Origin: an uncultured virus (IMG/VR IMGVR_UViG_3300021090_000018)
Taxonomy: Duplodnaviria; Heunggongvirae; Uroviricota; Caudoviricetes
Virus record (IMG/VR): IMGVR_UViG_3300021090_000018
Direction: 5' to 3' (one strand)
Length of the DNA: 64,000 bases
Shown: positions 9,777-18,380 of the stretch, in pieces
Position numbering within the stretch: position 1 is the first letter of the stretch
Layout: every line of letters begins with the position of its first letter
The notes under the pieces: model-generated
What the model saw: the letters and a program-made list of their open reading frames with translations, nothing else
What the model was told of the DNA's origin: nothing
Databases searched by the model: none
Translations under genes and position numbers: made by a program

Positions 9777-10214
9777 TCAGCGAATCGTAAAATTTGTGAC
9801 AGGCAGCAGACAGGCCGCTTCTCCCGTCCGATCCTTCGTGAGCCCCGCTCCTGGTGTGGCACTCACGACCAGACTCGACATAATCCCGAGCGGCGTGTTG
9901 TAGCGACTGACCGCCGTGGCGGTGTAGGTATCGCTCACGCACCCGATCGTCGAGATGGTCGTGGATTGCACCACCCCTCCCGTCGGAGACGACGCGGGAA
10001 TGGTGACGGCCGGTAAGGCGGTCGCATCTCGACTGATCGTAATCATCGTGTCCCGTAAGTTCGTCACGCCGGTCGGCTCATCCCACTGGGCGCAGACGGT
10101 GCCAATGGCCGCCGCTGGGCACGTCGCCGCGTCCACTGGTCCCGCGAGACCGATCCACCCTACGACCAAGAACAACAACCCCATCGCACTCAGCCCCATC
10201 ACACGCTTCGTCAT
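9777..10214 (-). CDS. Exported Cys-containing beta-sandwich (FN3-like) protein
   Basis: Signal peptide MTKRVMGLSAMGLLFLVVGWIGLAGPVDA; GGAGG RBS; 4 Cys. Confidence 0.6.
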   Translation of the reverse strand: MTKRVMGLSAMGLLFLVVGWIGLAGPVDAATCPAAAIGTVCAQWDEPTGVTNLRDTMITISRDATALPAVTIPASSPTGGVVQSTTISTIGCVSDTYTATAVSRYNTPLGIMSSLVVSATPGAGLTKDRTGEAACLLPVTNFTIR

Positions 10215-10233
10215 CACAGACCTCCTGGTTAGA

Positions 10234-11142
10234 CTATCGACCGATCCCCAATAACATCGAAGCTGGTACCGCAGCCGGTCCTCCACCACCCGCTGGCGCG
10301 GACACATCGAGCGCATACTGTCCAATGGGCTCCTGCCAGGCATTCTTCCCTGGTCCATTCGCCCACGACGTAAAACCGTTCCCCGCATCGGTGCTGCGTG
10401 TGAAGCGGCGCCCATGACCGCTCCTGTCGTAGAGATCATCCTGATTCCCCGCCGGGATATTTGCCCAGACCGCCTGGCGATAGGCACTGTCTACTAAGGT
10501 TTTGCTGCGTACCTGCTTCATCAAAAATGGGATCGGCAACGCGCCTCGAAAGATCCAGATATTGTCCATTGATCCGTCGATGCCTTCGTTGTTGATATAC
10601 GGCACTGCGCCGAAATTGAGTGTGGAGCTGGCCGCATAGGTAAAAGCAGCCGGCATGTCACGCGAGATCACAATCGAGGTATCGGGCAAGTCTGGGTAGA
10701 AGAGTTGCTCGTAATCGTTCGTCGCCCGCTTCCGCCGCCGAAGCGCCATGTAGTATGGACGACCGATCACGGGCAGGGCGGAGGCGTGGTAGGTGTCCCC
10801 CCCTTGTGAGCCGATCGCAAAATGCAGATCAACGGCGGTAACTCCTGCAAAGGCCGTAATGTACTCATTCCCGCCGGTGAACCCAATGTCCTGTGCAAAG
10901 GCAAAGTACGTTTGATACTGCGTATTGGTGCGGACGTGATGATACACGCGCCAGACGATACTGAACTCCTCGCCTGGCCACGCCCGTGCATTCGCGGCGG
11001 GTCGGCGAATGCGATCCAGGGAGCCACTATCATTGGCAAAGCGAATGGAGGCCAGCGAGGGTTTGACGATCAGCGGCACCGTGACCAGGGCGGCCAGTCC
11101 ACCCAAGCCTGCTTTTAGGATGCTGCGTCTCGACCAGTCCAT
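10234..11142 (-). CDS. Tat-signal LamG/ConA-like accessory protein
   Basis: SRRSILK twin-arginine motif; GIDGSMDNIWIF and DLYDRSGHGR LamG-like motifs; C-terminal LLGIGR. Confidence 0.65.
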   Translation of the reverse strand: MDWSRRSILKAGLGGLAALVTVPLIVKPSLASIRFANDSGSLDRIRRPAANARAWPGEEFSIVWRVYHHVRTNTQYQTYFAFAQDIGFTGGNEYITAFAGVTAVDLHFAIGSQGGDTYHASALPVIGRPYYMALRRRKRATNDYEQLFYPDLPDTSIVISRDMPAAFTYAASSTLNFGAVPYINNEGIDGSMDNIWIFRGALPIPFLMKQVRSKTLVDSAYRQAVWANIPAGNQDDLYDRSGHGRRFTRSTDAGNGFTSWANGPGKNAWQEPIGQYALDVSAPAGGGGPAAVPASMLLGIGR

Positions 11143-11655
11143 TTAATTGACCTGTCGGTTATGTTCCCGTACGCTCAGGGTGGAGCCGGTCGCGGGAAAC
11201 GCTTGACTGCCGTTGTTCCAGATGATCGTCTTATAGAGCCCTGGCGGCACCGGCACGTCTCGACAAGTGAGGCGTTGCGCCGCCGTGGTTCCGAGGAGTT
11301 GAAAGCTGCAGGCAAAGCTATCCGCCACGGGACGATTCGTCGCATCACCATCCTCGTAGTTGGTGCCGTCCGCAGCTCTCACGAGGTAGAGATCCACGAG
11401 ACCATCGACGGTTGGCGCGCTCACAAAGTCCACGGTGAGAATCCAGTCACCGAGAAGGTTCGCCGCTGTCGCATCGGCCCCTTTGGCCGCGCTGATGGCC
11501 CGGCTGTTGGTGCCGAGCGCGTTCAGCTCGGTCGTCATAACGGCGGTGATCGTTTCGTAGGCGAGCTGCTTGATTGTGGCCGCGCTGGATACGCCTGGGA
11601 TGAGGGCGAGCGTGAGTGCGACGATGAGAACAAGTCGAGAGATCAAGGCGGGCAT
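11143..11655 (-). CDS. Exported beta-rich accessory protein
   Basis: Signal peptide MPALISRLVLIVALTLALIPGVSSA; GAGGAGG RBS. Confidence 0.65.
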   Translation of the reverse strand: MPALISRLVLIVALTLALIPGVSSAATIKQLAYETITAVMTTELNALGTNSRAISAAKGADATAANLLGDWILTVDFVSAPTVDGLVDLYLVRAADGTNYEDGDATNRPVADSFACSFQLLGTTAAQRLTCRDVPVPPGLYKTIIWNNGSQAFPATGSTLSVREHNRQVN

Positions 11656-11656
11656 G

Positions 11657-13720
11657 TTACCTCCTCAAATTTAAACTAAGTTGGAATCGACCCGGTGAGG
11701 GCGCTGGCGGATCCGGTGCCGCCGCACCAGTCGTTCCCGGGACTGGGATAGGATTTGTGGATACAATAAACTCATCAATCCACATGTTGGCGTTTGCCGC
11801 TCCACCGACGTTCAAATTCGTCATGTAGGGCGTGAACGTCGCCCGATTGTAGGTATTGATCCCGCCATCGGCCTCGAACTGATAAATCCCCTCCATGTCC
11901 ATGACCTGTGTATAGGATGTGGCGCCATCACGCGCCAGCCAGACCTGCCACGTCCCGTTGCTAGACGTAAAGTTATTGATCGTCACTTTGCCGTAGAACG
12001 TCACCCATTCATTAGTATGCTGCCAGTTAAAGCAGCCGGTGCCATTCCCACTGCCATCCACGAGATTATTAAAGTCGCACCAATACCCATCGGTCTTACT
12101 CGCCACATTTGAGCCTTGTTGAATCCACGGACCTGAACCGCTCTGGACGCCCCCATTGGTCATGAAATTCTGATAATTGCCGCAGCGGGAATACCAGATT
12201 TGAGCCCCAATACCCCCGCTATATTGATAGGTGGTCTGTGTCAGTTCCACGCTTGAACAGGTGATGGAGCCATTGTGGAGAATCAAGGTCTTCCAGCCGG
12301 TGTCAGTGCCAGACTGCCACTGAGCAAGATTCGTTACCATGGAGGGGGTAATCCGTACACGATATTGGTAGTACCAGGTTTGTCCAGCCCCAAACCCTGA
12401 CCCATCGGTCTTCAGGTTGCTGTACCAATGGCCGCTAATATCTGACGTGGCACGCCCTGCGGGAAGATTGAATCGCAACGCCCCGGTACCACTGGTCTTG
12501 ATTGTGGTATCCATATCGGTCCCATCGAATCCCCCGTCACCGGCGCGAGCTTTATTCCCAATGGTATAGTCTCCAATGGTGTCGAACCCTTCTGCGAACG
12601 TGACGCCTGCTGCGGTAGACCGATAATTCCAGTCGGCATCTCCCGCCGCAACCGTCCGCAACGCAGACAGGTTGGCGCTCATGTCGTTGTACACAACGAA
12701 CGCATGTTCGGTCTGCGAATAGGCAAACCGCCCATAGGTGCCGTTAGCCATGGGGGACGGTCCCCCACTAAACGTCACCGTGGTCCAGGTATTCGCCGCG
12801 TCGTTGTACCGATAAATAGAGTTCCCGCCAGGCCAGCAGACCAACTGATAAAAGTCGTAGTCGTAGGCCAGCCCGGGCCACGCGGCAGTGGTACAAGTGT
12901 TCGTCGCCCCATTGGTCGGCGCAGGCACGCTCGTCGGCGTCGTGATGTTCCAGATATGATGCTCGCCTCCACCGAGCACATGGAACTTACGCGCCTTCCG
13001 GTCGATGTACCCATATAGGTCTTGCCCTCGGTAGTGTCCGCCCTGGTCGTTTCTCGACGTGAGGGTGTTCGTCGCAAAAACGTACTGAAAGAGGGCAATG
13101 CGGGTGTCGATCCAAACCGAGGCGCTCACCGAATCATAGGCGATGGTGGTGCCTTCGATATCATTGGCCGTAAACCCACTGGTCAACGAGGCAAACGTCC
13201 CCATGTTCTGCCAGGTGTTGGCCGTCGGATTGTAGGCCCAAATCCCAATGGATGAGTTCGCAGTGGCACAGGCCAGTGACCCACTCACCACAATCACCCG
13301 ATCGGCGTTTTCGTCGTAGGTCAGACCCCCGTAGGTATGGCGAGAATTCGGTGCCGTTGGGTTTGTCAATCCTTCCACGCACGACCCCGCGACTGGCACG
13401 CTCGGATCGGTCAACCGTGTGCGGCTGCCATTATCTAGGTCAATCGCATAGAGTTCGTTGCCCGCATAATCCGCATGCCCTCCACCCCAGACATAGAGCC
13501 GGTTTCGCAAGGAATCCCACGCGCCACTGTTCCAGGCCGCCGTGACGTTGGGGCAGTTATCGGAAAAGCCATACCCGCTCCCCCCAAACCCGTTGGCTGG
13601 GCAGACGGACTGCAATGAGGTGTTGGCAATGGCATGCCACCCCACGGTACTCGGGACGGAGGTGGCCCACGACGCAACGGGTGAAAGAAGGATCAGTAGT
13701 GCGAGAATACGTACAATCAT
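11657..13720 (-). CDS. Exported Kelch-like beta-propeller plus jelly-roll (lyase/lectin-like) protein; probable receptor-binding or depolymerase protein
   Basis: Signal peptide MIVRILALLILLSPVASWA; VWGGGH..Y.GNE, SRHTYGGL and GTYGRF propeller motifs; WIDEFIVST; Pro-rich C-terminus. Confidence 0.65.
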   Translation of the reverse strand: MIVRILALLILLSPVASWATSVPSTVGWHAIANTSLQSVCPANGFGGSGYGFSDNCPNVTAAWNSGAWDSLRNRLYVWGGGHADYAGNELYAIDLDNGSRTRLTDPSVPVAGSCVEGLTNPTAPNSRHTYGGLTYDENADRVIVVSGSLACATANSSIGIWAYNPTANTWQNMGTFASLTSGFTANDIEGTTIAYDSVSASVWIDTRIALFQYVFATNTLTSRNDQGGHYRGQDLYGYIDRKARKFHVLGGGEHHIWNITTPTSVPAPTNGATNTCTTAAWPGLAYDYDFYQLVCWPGGNSIYRYNDAANTWTTVTFSGGPSPMANGTYGRFAYSQTEHAFVVYNDMSANLSALRTVAAGDADWNYRSTAAGVTFAEGFDTIGDYTIGNKARAGDGGFDGTDMDTTIKTSGTGALRFNLPAGRATSDISGHWYSNLKTDGSGFGAGQTWYYQYRVRITPSMVTNLAQWQSGTDTGWKTLILHNGSITCSSVELTQTTYQYSGGIGAQIWYSRCGNYQNFMTNGGVQSGSGPWIQQGSNVASKTDGYWCDFNNLVDGSGNGTGCFNWQHTNEWVTFYGKVTINNFTSSNGTWQVWLARDGATSYTQVMDMEGIYQFEADGGINTYNRATFTPYMTNLNVGGAANANMWIDEFIVSTNPIPVPGTTGAAAPDPPAPSPGRFQLSLNLRR

Positions 13721-14460
13721 GTTCCAACTCCGAGGAGGTTAAACGTTCCGATGGGCGGATCTGCTGGGGGAGGGGAACCGGAAGCCTGAAAAATATTGAT
13801 CGCAGCGAGATGCCGCTCAGCCGCTGTATTCGTCCAGCTCATCGCCACACTCGCCGCCCCGGCTTCATAGGACGTGCCAATCGCGTATACGTCCAGCACG
13901 GTGTACCCCACTTGGGTCTGTCCCGCCCCTACGGGGTCGGCATCTCCCGCGCCGTCTTGGATGAGGTCGATCACGAGGTCTCCCGTGGCCCCATCTGCTA
14001 CCGTCACTGAGGCATTAGCCGTTCCGCTCCCACTGGTGACGGCTGTTCCAAGTGGCGTCGTTTGGTGGCATCCAGTGACAGCGAAGACGGCCCCTGCGAA
14101 CCGTGCAGTCCCCCCCGCAATGGAAATCACGACATTCGCGGTCGTGACCGTGGGGTTAATCAGATACCAGAACTCCGTCCGCATGCTTGGAGCGCCCGTC
14201 ACGTAGGTGTGATCGGACTTCTTAACGAAATTCTCACTCCCGTTGAAGGTGATGCCAGAGACCGTGCGTCCGTCTAGATCAAAGGCCACCGGCACCACCA
14301 GGCAGCGATCCGATCCAGCCGACACGGTGACCGATTGCGTCTTTGACGCGGCGAGGGTGGCTTGCAGCACTTCCGCTGTGGAGACGACGACGACCGCTCC
14401 CCAACTCAGGCCGGGGAGCAGCAGCAGTGCGAGCACGATACAGACGACGAATCGTTTCAC
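13717..14460 (-). CDS. Exported beta-rich accessory/fibre protein
   Basis: Signal peptide MKRFVVCIVLALLLLPGLSWG; C-terminal PPPADPP...LLGVGT. Confidence 0.65.
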   Translation of the reverse strand: MKRFVVCIVLALLLLPGLSWGAVVVVSTAEVLQATLAASKTQSVTVSAGSDRCLVVPVAFDLDGRTVSGITFNGSENFVKKSDHTYVTGAPSMRTEFWYLINPTVTTANVVISIAGGTARFAGAVFAVTGCHQTTPLGTAVTSGSGTANASVTVADGATGDLVIDLIQDGAGDADPVGAGQTQVGYTVLDVYAIGTSYEAGAASVAMSWTNTAAERHLAAINIFQASGSPPPADPPIGTFNLLGVGT

Positions 14461-14463
14461 GAC

Positions 14464-14745
14464 TTATTCCTTGGGCTTCGGCTCTTTCATCTTCGCCAGT
14501 GCCTTTTTGGTGTCCTGATGCGCCTGACGTTCCTCTTGGAGTTGGCGGCCCAACGAGGCCACTTGCTCACGCTTCTGCATGAGTTCCTGATCCATGAGCT
14601 GCACCGTAATCGTGCGGTCCTTGAGCGCCGTCCTGGCTTCCTGCAATTGCGCGGCCACGTCAGGCTTGGCGTCCTGGGCCTGCACGGGCACCGTCATCAT
14701 CAACATGCACAGAATGCCGACTACGAAGAATGTTAACTTCATCAC
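14464..14745 (-). CDS. Exported coiled-coil protein
   Basis: Signal peptide ...MLMMTVPVQA then coiled coil. Confidence 0.6.
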   Translation of the reverse strand: MMKLTFFVVGILCMLMMTVPVQAQDAKPDVAAQLQEARTALKDRTITVQLMDQELMQKREQVASLGRQLQEERQAHQDTKKALAKMKEPKPKE

Positions 14746-14806
14746 GCGCTCCTTTGGTTGTGTCGCTGTCGTCCTACGTCGCTGAATCTAGTTAGTCATG
14801 CTAATC

Positions 14807-17800
14807 TCACGACTCCACTGTAAAGTACGAAACACTGATCGAACAATTCCCGCCCGCCGGATCTTCGATCGTGTACCGCAGGTCTTCCCCATCGGCCCCA
14901 ATCCCGAGCAGGCCTGAGCCGTCGCCGATCGTGAAGCCTCCACCCGCCGGTACTCCGTCGAACTCATGGAGAATACCCGCGACTCCGGTATGCGCCGACG
15001 CGGGGAGAGTCGCGGCACCGAAGCCGACTTTGATGTTTGTGGGAGCGGTGGTGCTCCCGTCGCACGAGGCGGTCAATCGCGTCACGGCGATCTTCGAGCC
15101 CCCGGCCACCGAGACGAGAGCTTGATCCGTCAAGGCGCCATCGACGTCCTGGATCTGCGCAGAAATCGTGATGCTGTTGGGGTGTCCGCCGATCATGAAG
15201 GGGATACCGGCACGGTTGAAGTACCAGTCCGTTCGATCCGCTGCCGCGACACCGGTCGGGTTCGAGCCGTGCGCCACAGCTTTCCCGCCCATCTTCACCG
15301 GCGCTCCGGCATCCGCCGCATCGTGCGCCACAGTCCCGTTCGCTGCGACAATCCCAGTCGAATCGTTGGCGATACTCACCCGTAGGGCTCCGGTCCCTGT
15401 GGCCCCGTTGCCCATCAAGGGCGTCACCCCATTGATCTGGGCGACATTGAATGGTTCATTATCTGGGAAGGAGGCGACCGCCACTTGTCCGGTTGAATCG
15501 CTCGCCAGGGTGACACGCTGGACCCCAGTCCCCGAGATTCCGTTCCCCATGGTGACGGCGACCCCGTTGATCTGCGCCACGTTAAATGGCTCGTTATCCG
15601 GGAACGTCCCGACATTCACCGTGAAGGCGGTATTGTCGGAGGCGATCGTCACCCGCTGCGATCCGGTGCCCGTGATGCCATTGCCCATCAGGGGGGTGAC
15701 GCCGTTGATCTGCGCCACGTTAAACGGTTCGTTATCGGGGAAGGTGCCGATCGTGACGCTTGGAAGAGTGAGTACGTCGACTTGCATTTCCGTACCAGCC
15801 ACCGCACCAGCGACCGTGGTCAGTGCAGCCAGGATCGCGTCTGAATTGAAATCCTGCGTCCAAAGCGCCCCTTCGGCGGTGCTGCGCGGGTTGGTCCAGT
15901 CGCCTTCGATTTCGGTCAGGGTACTTAACGCATCATCCCGCTCCATCGTGAAGGTGGCGCCAGTCGGATCGGCTGGGGCTGCCGCATTGACGACATACTC
16001 GGTTCCCCCGCCTCCACCGGTCACATGCAGGGCCCCTTGAGAGTTCACGCGCAAACCCACCACATCTCCGTCGGGATCCGCTAAGGTGCCTAACGTGTCA
16101 TTGCGAATGGCGAGGGCAAAGGTTCCCGTGGCCGTCGCGGAAGCTACGTCTCCGATGTTGTATTGCGTCCCGCCTCCGCCCCCGGTGACATGCAACGCAC
16201 CAGTGCTGTTGACACGCAGATGCACATAATCGCCTTCAATGGGCGTCAGGGCCCCCAGCGCATCGTCGCGCACCGCGAGCATCGCCACGCCGGTATCGGT
16301 CGCGCCTGCGACACTATCGACCGCCTTTCCAAGATTGGTCGCGCCGGTGCCAGCGATCACGGCGGCCACGCTGGTATTGAGTCCACCTGACGTCGTGTAG
16401 GCACAATGCACGGGATTGGTGCCGTTATCGCAATAGAGGACCGCTGCCACTTCTGTCACGGCTGTCGCATCAGCGGGAATGCTGCCGTCTTCCGTTACCG
16501 TCGTCGTGCCCGCGACCGCGGCGATCGAATCAATCGTCACATGCAGGGAGCCGACCGAATCCACCCGGAGATTCGTGTAGGCACCATCAGCCGGTGTCAA
16601 GGTGGACAGGGCGTCGTCTCGAATGGCGAGCGACGGGACGCCTCGATCAGAGGCACCCGCCGCCACCTGGATTGCGTTACCGTTATCGTCGCGCACCCAG
16701 AGTGAGCCGATCGAGGTGCCCCTGAGACTGATCCAGTCACCCTCGATAGGGGTGACGGTCGCCAGGGCATCGTCCCGTTCCATCATCGTGGCGGTCCCGA
16801 CGATGGTCGCGGGAGTCGCGGCATCTTCGGAGTATTCGGTGCCACCCCCACCACCGGTGACGACGAGGGCACCGTTCGCATCGAGTACACAATTCGCATA
16901 GTCGCCATCGACACCGAGACCCGTCGTTGCGACATCATGACGCACACAGAGCATGCCGACGCCGACATCCCCAGAGGTATGCGGGGAATCTTCGGCTTTC
17001 CCCAGGTTCGTGGCCCCAGTCCCAGGAATAACCGCCGCCACCGAACTGACCGACGTGACGGTGCTGACCGTGGTGATGGTGCCGGAATCCACGATCACAT
17101 TGAGGGCCCCTGCGCCATCAGTGACGGTGATGGTCCCCGAGTCCACAATGACGTTGAGCGCCCCAGCCCCATCGGTGACGGTGACCGGGTTGGTGATCGT
17201 GGTGACGGCAGTAATGGTGCCGGAATCGACGATGGTATTGAGGGCGCCCGCGCCGTCGGTGATCGTGACCGGATTGGTGATGGTCGTGACGGCGGTCAGA
17301 GTGCCAGAATCGACGATAACGTTCAGGGCGCCCGCGCCATCGCTGATGAGGGCATCGACATAGAGCCGCCCCGCCGCACTGATCCCGCAATTGGCATAAT
17401 CACCATCAACCCCAAGGCCGGTCGTGGCGATATCGTGACGGACACACAGCGAAGGAATGCCAGCATCGGTGCTCGTATGGGCTGAGTCTTCCGCAAAGAC
17501 GACGTTATCGATGAGTTGCAGAGCCGTGAGGGCTGCCGCCGAGTTCGCGTCGATCACCCAGAGGGCGCCATTCGCGTTGCCGCGTAAGTTCGTCCAATCG
17601 CCCACCGCTTCCGTGCCGGGGCTACCAAGTGTGTCGGTGCGTTCGACCAACGTCGAGGTGCCGACTGGATTCGTCGGTGCGGGATCGTTCGTATTGTACT
17701 CGGTCCCCCCGCCACCACCCGTGACGCGCAAGGCCCCATTGCTATCAGTCTGGAAGGGGCAGTAATCACCGTCGGCTCCGCAGAGGGCGCCGCCCGCGTC

Positions 17801-18310
17801 GCTGCGCACATTCAAGACAAACGTGCCAGGTGAGGTGCTCGTATGTCCGGAGTCTTCGTCGTATTCTGTTCCAGCTCCCCCACCGGCTCCACCGCCTCCA
17901 CCTTTGGTCGCCACGGCGGTTGTCGCTCGTGCAAAGACACTGACGGTTCCCAGCGACCAGGCCGAGATGCGAGCCCTGAAAGTGCCAAGACCGGCGACGT
18001 TACATTGATAGATCCCACTCGCTGACGCGCTTGTAACCAGGGCCGCGCTGGTGCTACCCGAGGAGGCGCAGGTGACCGCCGTCCATCCAGACCCCGACAC
18101 ACTCCCCTCAAAGGTGACCGTGGCCGTATCGGCGATGGTGATGTCCAGGCCGACGGCCGTAAAGCCATCGACGGAGATCGCTCGTCCATCGTCGGTCGCT
18201 TCCACCGCGTTCTGCAGGAGATATTCCCGATGGTCTTCGAGGGCCCATCCAGGAGCGACGAGGCTCAGGCTCAGGCCCAGCACCAGGAGTGCACGGTTCA
18301 GGATCTTCAT
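14807..18310 (-). CDS. Large repetitive fibre-like protein with signal peptide
   Basis: ATG 18310 after AAGGA; MKILNRALLVLGLSLSLVAPGWA; several internal repeat families. Confidence 0.7.
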   Translation of the reverse strand: MKILNRALLVLGLSLSLVAPGWALEDHREYLLQNAVEATDDGRAISVDGFTAVGLDITIADTATVTFEGSVSGSGWTAVTCASSGSTSAALVTSASASGIYQCNVAGLGTFRARISAWSLGTVSVFARATTAVATKGGGGGAGGGAGTEYDEDSGHTSTSPGTFVLNVRSDAGGALCGADGDYCPFQTDSNGALRVTGGGGGTEYNTNDPAPTNPVGTSTLVERTDTLGSPGTEAVGDWTNLRGNANGALWVIDANSAAALTALQLIDNVVFAEDSAHTSTDAGIPSLCVRHDIATTGLGVDGDYANCGISAAGRLYVDALISDGAGALNVIVDSGTLTAVTTITNPVTITDGAGALNTIVDSGTITAVTTITNPVTVTDGAGALNVIVDSGTITVTDGAGALNVIVDSGTITTVSTVTSVSSVAAVIPGTGATNLGKAEDSPHTSGDVGVGMLCVRHDVATTGLGVDGDYANCVLDANGALVVTGGGGGTEYSEDAATPATIVGTATMMERDDALATVTPIEGDWISLRGTSIGSLWVRDDNGNAIQVAAGASDRGVPSLAIRDDALSTLTPADGAYTNLRVDSVGSLHVTIDSIAAVAGTTTVTEDGSIPADATAVTEVAAVLYCDNGTNPVHCAYTTSGGLNTSVAAVIAGTGATNLGKAVDSVAGATDTGVAMLAVRDDALGALTPIEGDYVHLRVNSTGALHVTGGGGGTQYNIGDVASATATGTFALAIRNDTLGTLADPDGDVVGLRVNSQGALHVTGGGGGTEYVVNAAAPADPTGATFTMERDDALSTLTEIEGDWTNPRSTAEGALWTQDFNSDAILAALTTVAGAVAGTEMQVDVLTLPSVTIGTFPDNEPFNVAQINGVTPLMGNGITGTGSQRVTIASDNTAFTVNVGTFPDNEPFNVAQINGVAVTMGNGISGTGVQRVTLASDSTGQVAVASFPDNEPFNVAQINGVTPLMGNGATGTGALRVSIANDSTGIVAANGTVAHDAADAGAPVKMGGKAVAHGSNPTGVAAADRTDWYFNRAGIPFMIGGHPNSITISAQIQDVDGALTDQALVSVAGGSKIAVTRLTASCDGSTTAPTNIKVGFGAATLPASAHTGVAGILHEFDGVPAGGGFTIGDGSGLLGIGADGEDLRYTIEDPAGGNCSISVSYFTVES

Positions 18311-18380
18311 GGTCGTTCCTTTCGATGGCATGACATCACGGATAGAATCACAGTGCGTATTGGTGAATCAGCACAGAGCA

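Noticed and set aside
18344..18372. TGATTC(AC) motifs resembling the TnpB guide repeat
   Set aside because: Only 7-9 nt match and no adjacent TCGG motif; likely chance
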